Shown here in pieces: positions 11,660-23,447 of a DNA stretch of 64,000 nt. Position 1 is the first letter of the stretch. Every line of letters starts with the position of its first letter. The stretch lies in contig OZ286476.1 in NCBI GenBank assembly GCA_965644265.1, positions 48,298,001 to 48,362,000 on the forward strand, read 5' to 3'. The notes beneath the pieces were generated by a model, which saw only the letters and a program-made list of their open reading frames with translations, ran no database searches and had not been told where the DNA came from. The position numbers were made by a program, and so were the translations under genes. This DNA comes from Glycera tridactyla (lineage: Eukaryota).

Positions 11660-12520
11660 CAAAACATGTAGAATTGCTCACTCGCAAGTTTCAATGTTAA
11701 CTTCTCTTTCATCGTGAATTTCAATGAGATATATTCGTTTGGGCGCTTAAATATGCAATACAATCGATTTCTCAGTGCTCAAATATGATAGATTGAATGA
11801 TAAGTCCCGAAAATACGATGAATATCGCCTGTAAATCCATGATGGAGTCCAGTGTTGTGCCGCGCCACTTACCACTTTTTGGCCTTCTTCTCGAGCCAAG
11901 CATGTGTTTTCCGTGGCGAAGATCACCTCAACATGGATTGTACCCGTGAATCATTGAAGTAAGGAGGTGCGAACGAACCAAAAATGACCGTTGGTGCGAA
12001 AACCGTAAGCACAGTCATTGCACCTCGAAACTCGCGAATGGATTACAGCTTGCTGAGCAGTGGAGAACTGCCTGAGAGAAGCTAGGATCCGTGAGCGGGG
12101 TCATCGCAGATTTCCCAAGCGGAACTTGTAGAATTGCTCACTCGCGAGTTTTGATGTTGGAGATAGCCTCAACATGGAATGTACCCGTGAATCATTGAAG
12201 TATGGAGGCGCAAACGAACCAACAATAGCTGAGGCAAGGCGTGAATTGGCTTCTCTACACTGTTGTCTTTGATGTATCACGCAGCACTCGTCGCTAGAAT
12301 TGCTCACTCGCGAGTTTCGATGTCAACTTTGCTTTCGAATACATACAGGTTGGTGGACTTCGCGGGACTGAAAATATCGTTTAATTGTTCGTGTTAGACA
12401 GGTTTTCGCTGTATACAGGTCAATTATAATGAAAAAACGTTCGGGCGGACCGTGGGGTATGCGTTGTAGACAGGATTTCGCTGTATACAGGATCGCACTC
12501 AAGCAGGTTTGCTGCTACTA
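11660..12520. mobile_element. Decayed non-autonomous DNA transposon with internal direct repeats and a Tc1/mariner-like right end
   Basis: TAGAATTGCTCACTCGC(A/G)AGTTT occurs three times (about 11669, 12128, 12296). CAACATGGA(T/A)TGTACCCGTGAATCATTGAAGTA occurs twice. CAGGTTTTCGCTGTATACAGG occurs twice (one mismatch). It ends AGCAGGTTTGCTG, resembling the MITE TIR. Confidence 0.5.
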
Positions 12521-12685
12521 CCTGTTGAACTGTTTCTATTCTACTTATAATAATAAATAAATGTATTTATTGATGGATTTTTCTTTCAGAACTATACGAG
12601 GATACATATATGTCTCATAAGATAAAGTGTATTTTTGGAGACTGATGGTGCATGCATTTTCTAATATTCATCTCATATGTTTCAG

Positions 12686-13462
12686 ATGATGTCAATGGGG
12701 TGGCCTCCCCGAGAAGAAAGAGTATGGGGCAATTCAAAGCTAAATCATCTTTCGTGGTATTCCTAAAGAAAGAAGACTGATACTCACATGTGAGATCTCC
12801 GCCTGAGTTCAGACACAAACTTGTACTCACCTACAACAGAAAATTCAATCAATCAATCAATTAACCAATTTTCATACCATCACTGTAATAAGACAAACCT
12901 GTGACAAGAGACCACTCCATACATCACCAAAAAGTGGTCTCTCCCATACCAGGTATTGTCTCATTGAGGGTCTCTTGTTGAATAATCCAGAATTTGTTGT
13001 ACTTATGAGGGATAATTTTGTCCTTATTTGCAAGTCACCTCATGAAGTTTTAACTTCAAAACTGAATATATCAACAAGCACACAAAGTACAAGAAAACGG
13101 AAAATAGAACTGCAATAGACAAAGGGAGATCAGAGCAAGTTTGATGATTTCGCAATATGTTCATCACTGCTCATCGCCCCTACCTACAGGTACAAAATCA
13201 AAATTTGATGGCAAACTTTTGCCATTGCAAAGTCAGCCAGGTGAGTCTGAACTCTGATTATTTGATCGATCATTTCTGATCGATCATTTCTTGCTACTGA
13301 GGCCAATTAATCGATCAGCACTTCAGCATGAGGCCCATTACTCGTCTCTCGCCAGTGTTTACTGAAGTAATACAGAACAATCTGCAGGTGATGGCTTCTA
13401 TCAATGTTTTTCTGATGTTTTCCCCATCAACAGATCACTTGAATTACTATAGTGAAATCTGA
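12686..13462 (+). CDS. Candidate last three coding micro-exons of a host gene: 12686-12721, 13190-13240, 13434-13462; DVNGVASPRRKSTKSKFDGKLLPLQSQPDHLNYYSEI*
   Basis: Acceptors: ctcatatgtttcag, ccctacctacag, gttttccccatcaacag. Donors: GTATGG (12722), GTGAGT (13241). All junctions are phase 1 and join into one open frame ending at TGA 13460-13462. No homology could be checked. Confidence 0.5.
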
Positions 13463-13808
13463 GCAAACAGTGAGGAAATCTCTCATGTTCGACTTCAACT
13501 GAATCTGGCCTTTCAGGGCCTGTCATACCAAAGGGACTATTAGAGTGAGGACCTACTTGTGCCTCAAGCCTTCTTGGTCTCAACACCTCATGGGTCATTT
13601 CGGACTGATAAATACTATTGTACTTTGGAATTACTCTCGATTAGAGAAGTTATTGCATTCCGGAAGTAATGTGTGGAAATACCGAAGAAAGGCGCAACAT
13701 TGCCACAGAATCTCCCCTTCATAAAAGTGATCCTTCAACCAGCATGGGTTCTATCTATCATCATGACTGATTTTGGCAAAAGAATCACTGTTTGAACTTT
13801 TGCATATA

Positions 13809-13894
13809 CAGTCAAACATGTTCTGAGCAGCCACCCTTTGGGAAGGCAAGAAGTGGCTGCTTAGTACAGTGGCTGCCCAGGACAGGTTAGACTG
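13809..13894. mobile_element. 86-bp MITE, CAGTCAAAC family
   Basis: TA|CAGTCAAACATG ... CAGGTTAGACTG|TA. Confidence 0.8.
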
Positions 13895-13941
13895 TAATTT
13901 CACAACAATTTTCATTGTACACATCACACCAGAGTCACTGG

Positions 13942-14630
13942 TTTTTTACCTCGCCTCAACGAAGTTGAAGAGAGGTATTGTCCTCGCATCAGCGTCGGCG
14001 TCTGCATCGGCGTCGGCGTCGGCGTCGGCGTCCGCACTCTCACAATGTTTTACGTCAAAGTTTTACGTCAAAGTTTTTTTTCCTGCAAGATTTCATGTCA
14101 AAGTTTTTTTTTAACCCTTCTACCATCATCGGATCTTGTGCACATGGGCTATAATACATCAGGAATGATATTAAGAGAGCACTACGTCAAAGTTTTACGT
14201 CAAAGTTTTGCGTCAAAGTTTTTCATTGAAGTCTGTAGCTCAGCAACTATGGCCCCTACCACCACCAGATTTCATACACACATACTCCTGAGTATTGGGT
14301 AAGGTGTCCATCCATCCATTCAGCATTATCCCAGTTTTTTATCATATTTTTGGGTGAAAAATGCATATTTTTGAGGATATGGACTTCACGTCAAAGTTTT
14401 TGTAGGAGTCAGGTGGCTCCACAACCATGGCCCCTACCATCACCAGTTTTCATGCACACATGCTCCGTTGTGTTACAGGGGATGTCTACTCTTCACAGCA
14501 GCAGTATCTCAGTTCAGGGTTGTGACTTTGGGGTGAAATTGCTCATTTGTGGGAAATTGGACTTTACGTCTTAGTTTTTGTTCAGGTCAGGTCACTCTTC
14601 AACCACAGCCGTATGCATGCCAGTCTCGTG
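13942..14630 (-). mobile_element. Second HINE-like family member in reverse orientation (right boundary approximate)
   Basis: A T run, then the stem-loop TACCTC-GCC-TCAAC-GAA-GTTGA-A-GA-GAGGTA at 13947-13977, a (GGCGTC)n microsatellite at about 13990-14032, and repeated TTTTACGTCAAAG blocks with an approx. 180-bp duplicated core. Confidence 0.6.
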
Positions 14631-14719
14631 TGATTTATTGTAGATTTGGGATAAAACCACTTTTTTTAAATGACTGGACTCAGTTATTTTTGAGTACCGG
14701 GACACACCAAACTCAACAA

Positions 14720-15330
14720 GGATGCATTTTATTGCATCTCCTGATGAATGCCAGCCGTAGATGGGGTCTCCCAAAGGGCCTGGTTGGTTTTGGGGTGAAA
14801 ATTGGTTTTTCAGAAATGGATTTCTCTAAAGATGATGGCTGTTCGTAGCTACTCCAAACTTGGCTTGGATGCAATTCATAGAATTCCCTAATGAATGCCA
14901 GCCATAGATGGGATCTCCCAAAAGGCCTGGTTGGTTTTGGGGTGAAAATTGGTTTTTCAGAAATGGATTTCTCTAAAGATGATGGCTGTTCGTAGCCACT
15001 CCAAACTTGGCTTGGATGCAATTCATAGCATTCCCTAATGAATGCCAGCCATAGATGGGATCTCCCAAAAAACCTGGTTGGTTTTTGGGTGAAAATTGTT
15101 TTTTTCAGAAATGGATTTTTCTAAAGATGGTGGCTGTTCATAGCCACACCATACTTGGCGTGGATGCAAGTCATAGCATTCCCTGATGAATGCCAGCCAT
15201 AGATGGGGTCTCCCAGAGGGCCTGGTTGGTTTTGGGGGAAATTGATTTTTCAGAAATGGATTTTCATGATGATGAACACTGTTCCTAGACAAAGCATCCC
15301 TCATTGATTCTCAGCCATGTATGGGATTGG
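14720..15330. repeat. Tandem array, 147-148-bp unit, about 4 copies
   Basis: ATGAATGCCAGCC recurs at 14744, 14891, 15038 and 15186. Confidence 0.92.
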
Positions 15331-15345
15331 CCATTAGCCCTAATG

Positions 15346-15550
15346 CAGGGCTTTCCATTAACTTTTTTCTCCAGCTGTCATTCGGGCAGATGAAGTAGGA
15401 TTTTTACCTGCCCTCCTCCACATTTTCACCTGCCCTCCTGCATATAATCATAGCCCAAGTAAGGGTTGGGTACCTGTCCATCGGGAATGCAGATTGATAA
15501 AATCACCTGCCTGCCTGTGCCAGTAGGGCAACCACTAGCGTAGAGCCCTG
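15346..15550 (+). mobile_element. MITE with CAGGGCT...AGCCCTG termini (hAT-like; no TSD seen)
   Basis: CAGGGCTTTCC ... GTAGAGCCCTG with internal (C/T)ACCTGCC repeats. Related copies lie at 27355-27443, 40402-40610 (reverse) and 45715-46940. Confidence 0.7.
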
Positions 15551-16070
15551 TACTGTTATTTTAGAGAAATTTACTTTTTATTTTTTGAGGAAAGGTACCT
15601 TTCCAAGCATAATTATGTATCGGGTCTCCCTATGCAATCAGGAACTGTATGCACCATTCAAAGAAGCAGCACTGTTTCGTTTCTGTAAACTTTAGATATA
15701 AATGCCTTTCTTGAAGCGGCGTGTTGTGTGGCTTCGCCAAGGCGAGGTCCGCCTTCAGTGAAGGCTATGTTTACATGAGGTTACTGATTTTCATAACTAA
15801 TGAATGGCATGTCAGAGGTGATTATTTCTTCAGTTTTGGTCCGATTGGGTTATTCTTTGATATGAGTGTACCATAATAACTTGACTATGCCAAACTGACT
15901 GGCCTATTGACTATCATTTGTGTGGCGCAAGATAAATGGTAATGGAAATACACAGACACTGGTGAAGATGCCAGAATAACTAAGATATGATCAGAGTGCT
16001 AGAGCAGAGAGCTTAATATTCCCAACTGAGCATCTCCCACTGATTTTGACGCTGGTCATAGGATATACCT

Positions 16071-16548
16071 NNNNNNNNNNNNNNNNNNNNNNNNNNNNNN
16101 NNNNNNNNNNNNNNNNNNNNNNNNNNNNNNNNNNNNNNNNNNNNNNNNNNNNNNNNNNNNNNNNNNNNNNNNNNNNNNNNNNNNNNNNNNNNNNNNNNNN
16201 NNNNNNNNNNNNNNNNNNNNNNNNNNNNNNNNNNNNNNNNNNNNNNNNNNNNNNNNNNNNNNNNNNNNNNNNNNNNNNNNNNNNNNNNNNNNNNNNNNNN
16301 NNNNNNNNNNNNNNNNNNNNNNNNNNNNNNNNNNNNNNNNNNNNNNNNNNNNNNNNNNNNNNNNNNNNNNNNNNNNNNNNNNNNNNNNNNNNNNNNNNNN
16401 NNNNNNNNNNNNNNNNNNNNNNNNNNNNNNNNNNNNNNNNNNNNNNNNNNNNNNNNNNNNNNNNNNNNNNNNNNNNNNNNNNNNNNNNNNNNNNNNNNNN
16501 NNNNNNNNNNNNNNNNNNNNNNNNNNNNNNNNNNNNNNNNNNNNNNNT
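16071..16548. other. Assembly gap (others at 23448-23600, 37447-37619, 51331-51600, 58999-59215, 63048-63244)
   Basis: Runs of N; several abut tandem or simple repeats. Confidence 1.
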
Positions 16549-18431
16549 TTTGTAGACATGAAGACACTATATAACATTCGGAATACATAATGAATTTTCA
16601 ACTGGAGGTCAGGAGGGTAGGGTGTACCAACACAACTTTACTTTGGAGTTCACTGAGTTGAGATTGAACAAGTCAATCATTGAGACATGCATCAACATCT
16701 CCATCAAACTCAGTTCACTCAGTATTCATAGATCATTTCAAACAGGCACCAACTGATCATCACACTTTAGCATAGCTGAATTCAACAGTGCATGTACCTG
16801 AGTACTGTGGGTCTACACGGAATAAAAATGGGGAATATCCACATCATTTCTGAGTCCATCTGATGTATGATGAAACAGGCCCAAGGTCAATGAGTGGGAA
16901 TATCCCTGAAACATTTTGCCAAGCAGAAAAATCCAGACAGGAAAAGTTTATATAACATTTGACAGATAATACACCAACATATTCAGGCGGCTTACATACA
17001 TCAGGCTTCCAAGTATTTTTCATTGATTTCTACTGAATACCTTGCTGAGTTTTATAAACCTGGCATAGCAACATAGTTTCAGGTTTAAAAACATCCAGTT
17101 CTTCAGTCCATAGCATTTCAATACTGAATTCATTTCTCTCCACCTCTAATGTAGATCAGTTGGTTCACCAGACATCTTAATTAACAGAATACGAACCATC
17201 CATCGATAAATGTCTCAACTATCTGATAAATTGTGAACTTGTATATCTGTGTGCAGACAAGCATGTGTCTCATGCACACAAGATGAATGTTGGAGTACAT
17301 CCGGGTCTCTGCCCTCAATTTGTGATGGTTTTTGGAACATTGGCGAGCCACCATTGGTGGTCGTTATAGACAGGTTCCACTGTACTGCTATTCAAGGATT
17401 GTCATGAACTTTTCAAATAACTAGATTGATCGCTGCAACATTTGTATCTAGTTGGGTATGATAAAATAACTCTTTGTCTCTGAAATTTTGAGCAATTGGG
17501 CAATTGAAGTAATCTTCAAATTACATATTTTGTTTTTGTTCTGATGACCCTATACAAAGGCTACCCTAAACCGTGTCTCTGCTCAACTGAAATAGTTCCT
17601 TTATATCTACGCAACTTAGATCACACAGGATTCTGTGCAAGGACCACCAAGAGAAATATGATTTCTTGATCTCTGTGCATTCTTGTTCTGTGTCCTGTCA
17701 TCAACCTGAGGTCTGAATAGCAGTAGTTGGAGTTTTTGCGAGGAACAAGCCATCTATTATGATCTCCCTGTCCAACCCAGCTGACAGTTGAGAGGTATCC
17801 ACCCTCTTATGTGCCAATCATCAAAGGATAAGTATCTCCCCTTGCCAGCTGCAGGCAATTTCCAATATACATACCACCTGGTTCATCCAATTCCTGGGGT
17901 GTCATTTACATCTATTCCCCACTTATTTAATGCTAGATGAGAATGAAGCTAGTCTTATATCAATAAGGTGAGACAGTCAAGAGCTGGCATCTAGTTTGAT
18001 ATATATCTGACTACATCATAAACAAACACTGGCCTGTGAAACCCCTTTCTAATCAGAGGTTACTCTCCTATTCTAGGTACCGGTAACAGATTTCACCCGA
18101 CAGTTGAACTTTTTTCGAAAACCAGCCCTGAACAAAGACCACATACGTATGTACAGAAATAAAAATTATAACATGTCATACCATTATTCAGTCCGTTCTA
18201 ATGGTCTAATTTAGCATCAGTGGATTCTCCTTTATTTATATGACGCGTACTTGTCGATGCTGACACAGGGAATCGCAACGGGATGTCTTAATCAAGGTCA
18301 CAGGCCAACTGGCAGCGTTGTCGCACATTCGAGAGCTGCATCGCGGCAATAAACAAGCCAGGCTCTGCTCCTATTAGATACAATTTCACTTGAAAAAACA
18401 CTTGCAGGTTTGGTGAAATTTGGGGAGATAT

Positions 18432-18535
18432 TTGAGCATGTAAGTCAGCTTGCTCGTCCACAGGCTAGGCGGTCGGTGTCATGCTGGAGATGCCAGGTTC
18501 AAATCCACAAGAAATCGGATGATTTTTGAAAATGG
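18432..18535 (+). mobile_element. tRNA(Gly/Asp)-derived SINE head or tRNA pseudogene
   Basis: GGTGTCATGCTGGAGATGCCAGGTTCAAATCC aligns with the tRNA-Asp/Gly anticodon, variable and T arms. The B box GGTTCAAATCC is at 18496-18506. A second copy lies on the minus strand at 22540-22660. Confidence 0.65.
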
Positions 18536-19921
18536 CCCACACAGGGATATTATTTACTGCAAGTTTGATGATTTGTCAGTGAGTTTATTTAACCTGAACA
18601 ATAGTACAAAGTCATGATTTCACGGCAAATTTATGGCATTGTGAGGGCAGCCAGGTGGATGGCGACATTCAGTCTTCAAGAGCTCTTGAAAAATACTTTT
18701 ATGAATATAAGGATATGTTGTTTGTATGAATATGAGCATTATTTCCAGAAAAGCGGACAGAAGTAACTAATGGTATCACAAACATCAAGAACCTGCCTGA
18801 TGTGCGTTCTGCTCTCTGTGTTCTTCCATGTTGTGACTACTTTGATCTCAGTTTGCACAGAATCTCTGCAGACTGTCAATGTGCCCTTTTCACACACCCT
18901 GGAGGATACTTTCATGAACATGGATTCATGAAAGTTATACAACTACTGGCATTGTTCTCAACAGCAATTCATAAGTGATAGCAGCATCACAGAGAAAGCC
19001 CTCAAGCATCGGATTCTCTTCCTATATTACTGATTTTGTCTATTGGCAGGAGCTTACCTTGTGAAAAAACATGGCCAAAAATCACGCAGGTATGTGTTTC
19101 ATTCAGATACAATGATTTTGCTTCAGCCAATGACAAGTAGATTCCCTTCAGTGTGAGAGATATAACACTGATTTCAACATTATTCCTGGTATGTACAGGA
19201 CTTAAAATTATAAAACATACATTCGCTCAGCCCTATCACCAGTCAACTAGTCTCCACTACAACTGGTGGCATAAAAACTGTGACATGTCAAGACATTTGA
19301 TCTCATCCACAGCCTCATTCAATGAGAGAGATATCACCCGCCATTTCACCAGTCGATGATGTGGGAGGGGCTCTCTCTGAGTAGACAGGCTACTCCTCCC
19401 CGTGCATGTCTGAGTAAATGAACAGGTGTTCCTGCCTCACTAGGTAACTGGAGTAACATGGAATTACAAGTGACATTTCAAATGATTTAGCTGTGCTGAC
19501 ATTTTGCCCCCTCTTTGAGGCCACATGCCACTCCAGCCACACTACACACCCACCTAGTAATGAATGGAAGATATTCTGTGGCACACATCACCAACTTTTT
19601 CTCTGAATTAATCAAATCCTGCCAAAGCATCTGACATTTTTGAACAAAACATTCCTCTGTGAGATTTAAAAATGGAACCATGTAAGTCAGTGCAGGTTAC
19701 ATCTTTGCATGTCTGGCCAATCTCCGTAGCATATTAGCTTCCTGCTGCTCTTCTCTCTGTATTTCTTTTCAAAATGGTCACTCGGTGCAGTATATTCAAA
19801 TTGGTCAAAAGTTGTTGGCACTGCAAATAATCCACATAATTCACCCTAGGTTTTTGGGCTTCTATGATAAGTCGAGTCTTTCCGGCACAAACAGGCAGAT
19901 TGGTTGTTGAGGAGGTAATTA

Positions 19922-20053
19922 AAGTGAAACCTGTAGAGGTGGTCTCTCGTCGGAGGTATATTTGAATATGTCAAAAAGAAAAGCTGCCCTGAAAAATTGG
20001 TCTCCTGTCAGAGGTGGTCTCTCGTCAGGGGGCTCTCATCGCAGGTTTCACCA
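19922..20053. mobile_element. MITE, CAGTGAAACC / GGTCTCTC subfamily (degenerate)
   Basis: AAGTGAAACCTGT ... GCAGGTTTCACCA|TA with repeated GAGGTGGTCTCTCGTC. Confidence 0.65.
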
Positions 20054-21134
20054 TACAACAGTCTGCCTGCCTGTTCAGTCCGATATCATACGTAGGAGGG
20101 CAGGTGAAAATGTCGGGGAGGACAGATTGAAATCACACTACGCCTGCTTGAAGGACAGATGAAGAAAAATTTGATGAAAAGCCCTGTTTTCATGACAAAG
20201 TGAGCAGAAGTTCCTCAGCACCCACAGAAACAGAATGTAATGGAAATGTATTTGAAACAGTTCACTTTTTATTTTCTCCGAGTTTATGTTTTGTGAAGAA
20301 GATGAACTTATCAATCTGTGAAGTTGCCGATATATTCACTGACCATATTTCACAAAGAAGTCTCAGGCTTTGCCAAATTCAAAGAAATAGTTTACACATC
20401 CAGATCCCTTTTCCATTACATGCCATCAGAAGCTAGGCACACATCTCCCCATTTCCCTGCTGTCTAATGTCCATGGGCACACAAAACAAATGAGAGGCAC
20501 ACAAATCTCCCATAGGTGTACCCATTGGGGTATATATTTGTTCACAATGAGACTGGCCCTGCATATATGCAGCACTGGTTTCAATTTTCAGTTGAGATAT
20601 CACACAGCTGAAGTGAAGTGCTAGAGGATGGTTGGCTGTTCTGGATTGATACCATGTATCAAACTAGCGATCGTGCATGCTATATGTCTGATCTATGAGT
20701 GCAGGCAATGCACTGCACCTGTGTAAAGGACAGAAGCAATACCAAGGCATGCACAGCACTTCCCTGCCATCGCAGAATCGGGTGCAAGGTACCTACAGAG
20801 GTAAAGTAGAACCCTATACATGTGCCCTGGTAAATGAGAGACGGACACTTCTTGCTGCAGGTAACACGTAAATATTGTAGCTCACTGTAAACAAACCTAA
20901 TATTGTATGGTTCACAACACAATCAACAACACATCTACATAGCTAGAATACATCAACAACTTCTTTTTTTCAGGACCTTTTTGATATTTTTTCTTCCCCA
21001 TCCCTGCTATTTAATCAATACATATCATATTCTGAGTTTCATCATTCAAATTTATTGTGATCAGAGAAATAGGCATTGAACTCAAGTGCTGATCGATCAG
21101 TCAGTAAGCTTCCCGCTGGTTATTTATGATTATA

Positions 21135-21315
21135 GTCGAGTTTAATGACATGTATCAACCCAAAGGTTCATGTATGGCATGCGTTCCAGGTCTACAAGGG
21201 CTGGATGTTCTGTTCCCTGCATGCATCACTCTCATAAACCCCGGACAATGTATGATGAGGAACCAGACAGGCTGTAAACTGGAAGAAGCTGTCCATCCAG
21301 ACACACATATACCTA
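21135..21315 (-). mobile_element. Dispersed SINE-like repeat family B (3' end)
   Basis: TTTAA(C/T)G(G/A)CATGTATCAACCC...CCCTGCA...CACTCTC is shared with about 46981-47140, 56590-56860 and 60941-61125. Orientation is inferred from the T-rich or microsatellite flank. Confidence 0.55.
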
Positions 21316-21348
21316 CCCAAATTCATGCAGGTAAACCATATGATAGTA

Positions 21349-21427
21349 CAGTCCAACCTCTCTATAAAGACCGCCTTTGGTCGCATAAAAAAGATGGCTT
21401 TATATGGAGGTGGTCTTTACAGAGAGG
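21349..21427. mobile_element. Short MITE whose right TIR is cut by the adjoining LINE tail
   Basis: TA|CAGTCCAACCTCTCTATAAAGACC ... GGTCTTTACAGAGAGG, then (TAAG)n in place of the expected TTCGACTG. Confidence 0.75.
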
Positions 21428-22150
21428 TAAGTAAGTAAGTAAGTAAGTAAGTATTCATTTATTTCTCTTCGAACATGCATCATACAAATCATACAATAAT
21501 AATAAAGATGAGATTGTAATAGATGCGCGGGTCATCTCAGAGGATGCAACCACCCCGATTCGAAGGTTCACACAACCTTAGACCAGAATAATGAGACTTC
21601 TTTCTTATTTCAGATACAAGATGTTATAGTTTTAATTCTAAGACTGTTCTAATCAGCTCAGGTTCTCCTAGTCTCTACAGATCCACGATAAAAGTGCTTT
21701 CTTGAACTCTGCTAATTCTTCAATTGTTCGTATGTTTTCAGGTATCGAATTCCAATTGTTCGTTCCTTGAACTGAAAAAGCTTGTTTACTGGCTCTACTT
21801 CTACACATCGGAACTACCAGATCCCCTCTACAGACACCACGAGTTGTTCTACCATGGCGCAAACTGAGAGGTTGGAACAAATCATTCAAATACAGAGGTG
21901 CTACTTTCCCCACACATTTGTATACAAGAATCAACAGATGGTACAGACGTCTCTTGTTTAAGAACATTAGATCTAGCTGACTATGGAGTAGAATGGTACT
22001 AGTTCTCCGTTCTGCCATCAAGACAATTCCGCATGCTGGATTCTGAATTCTCTGCACTCTGCCAAGACAATTCACATTAGAAATACTGTACAAGGTGTCC
22101 CCGTAGTCAATCACAGGAAGAATCAGTGATTCATATAAACGTACCTCAAA
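21428..22150 (-). mobile_element. 5'-truncated CR1/L2-group LINE (ORF2 C-terminus, 3' UTR, AATAAA, (TACT)n tail)
   Basis: ORF 22153-21668 (LILPVIDYGD...QAFSVQGTNNWNSIP) aligns by eye with the C-terminus of the 2-1402 ORF (LVLPLLYYCD...KAFSYVGPLVWNKLP). AATAAA is at 21463-21458, followed by a TACT tandem tail. Confidence 0.9.
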
Positions 22151-22539
22151 CAAGAGAAGACACCAGGTTCAGAGAATACATAACAAAGCTAAGTTGAAGT
22201 ATTTGCATTCAAAATAATTACGATCACAAACTGAAGACAAACTGCAGATAAGTATCAGCAGGCTGTGGTCAATACATGTAGCCACATGTGTATACAGATG
22301 AAACTGTCCTTCATCTGATCTTCGCCTACCTTCTGCGCTTTCATTGCAATAGTTTGCATTACAGTGGATACAGATGAATGCGTAGCTCCTGACTGGCTCA
22401 ATGCTGGTATAATGCATCAAATTCAATGATGTAACCAGCACCTCATGAATGAATGACACTGAAATCTTCTCAAAAGATCAATTATGTCATCACAAGTGTT
22501 AGATGAAACTATGTTTCATGATACACCATTGAAATGTTT

Positions 22540-22660
22540 AATTACATTTTCAGAAATCATCTGATTTCTTGTGGATTTGGACCTGGGATCTCCAGCATGG
22601 CACCGACCGCCTAGCCTGTGGAGGAGCAAGCTGACTTAGACGCTGAGCTGTGTAGACCAC
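22540..22660 (-). mobile_element. tRNA-derived SINE head, second copy
   Basis: Reverse complement reads GGTCTACACAGCTCAGCGTCTAAGTCAGCTTGCTCCTCCACAGGCTAGGCGGTCGGTGCCATGCTGGAGATCCCAGGTCCAAATCCACAAGAAATC and matches 18432-18535. Confidence 0.65.
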
Positions 22661-23183
22661 TCAAAAAAAAGGCATTGTCATTGAATGTCAGTACTTTTTA
22701 TAATTCATAATTACAAGTTCCAGTAGTATCTTGATAAACCTCCTGGGTAATCTGGTCCCAAAATTCAGAAATTCAGTAAGAAAGATCTACTGATCATGTA
22801 GCCAGTAACTTCACTTGTCACAATATGATAATGGCAATGGTCAATTTAGAGTCTCACATCACTGTACTACCTTTCATTGGATGACCACTTTTACTGGAAC
22901 AAAATGAAGTCCTGGAGAAGAATGGGGTGTCGGGACTGCATTATGGCACAGCCACCGCCAAGGGATTTGAAACCCCTGTCTCACTAGCCAGGTTTATCCT
23001 TGAAAATGAGGCAAGGAGCCAGTTGAGCGATTTATTCACATCTTCTGTCTGTATAATCAGTGCATGTTGCCAGGGGTCAAATGGTTGATTCAATCCGTCT
23101 GGAGAAAGTCATGTTTGATTAGCTCCTAACCAAATAATTGGTTCAGACTTTCAAGATGACTGGTTTCATGTTACTCTGGTCTG

Positions 23184-23447
23184 ATACTCAGTCCTTTACA
23201 CATACACTTATCAGTCATTCACACCTGTGTTCTGGACAGCTCAGTCCCTTACACGCACATTCATCAGTCATTCACACCTGTGTTCTGGACAGCTCAGTCC
23301 TTTACACGCACATTCATCAGTCATTCACACCTGTGTTCTGGATAGCTCAGTCCTTTACACGCACATTCATCAGTCATTCACACCTGTGTTCTGGATAGCT
23401 CAGTCGTTTACACATACGTTCATCAGTCATCCACACCTGTGTTCTGG
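23184..23447. repeat. 53-bp minisatellite, at least 5 copies, running into an N gap
   Basis: Unit ACACCTGTGTTCTGGACAGCTCAGTCCCTTACACGCACATTCATCAGTCATTC recurs at 23221, 23274 and onward. Confidence 0.92.

Noticed and set aside
15763-15790. GGCTATGTTTACATGAG as a Harbinger-type left end
   Set aside because: No matching right end before or after the adjacent gap
16013-16601. Long ORFs spanning N runs (also at 23.4, 37.4, 51.3, 59.0 and 63.1 kb)
   Set aside because: Artefacts of assembly gaps
16600-19900. Faint Penelope GIY-YIG-like (CYGLKN) and SWIM-like (CGLKEGAKCQH) fragments on the minus strand
   Set aside because: Only a few residues in stop-riddled frames; cannot be distinguished from chance by eye.
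23184-23447. Possible CRISPR array or coding repeat (ORFs 23138-23692)
   Set aside because: Head-to-tail 53-bp minisatellite. The period is not a multiple of 3, and the ORFs run into Ns.
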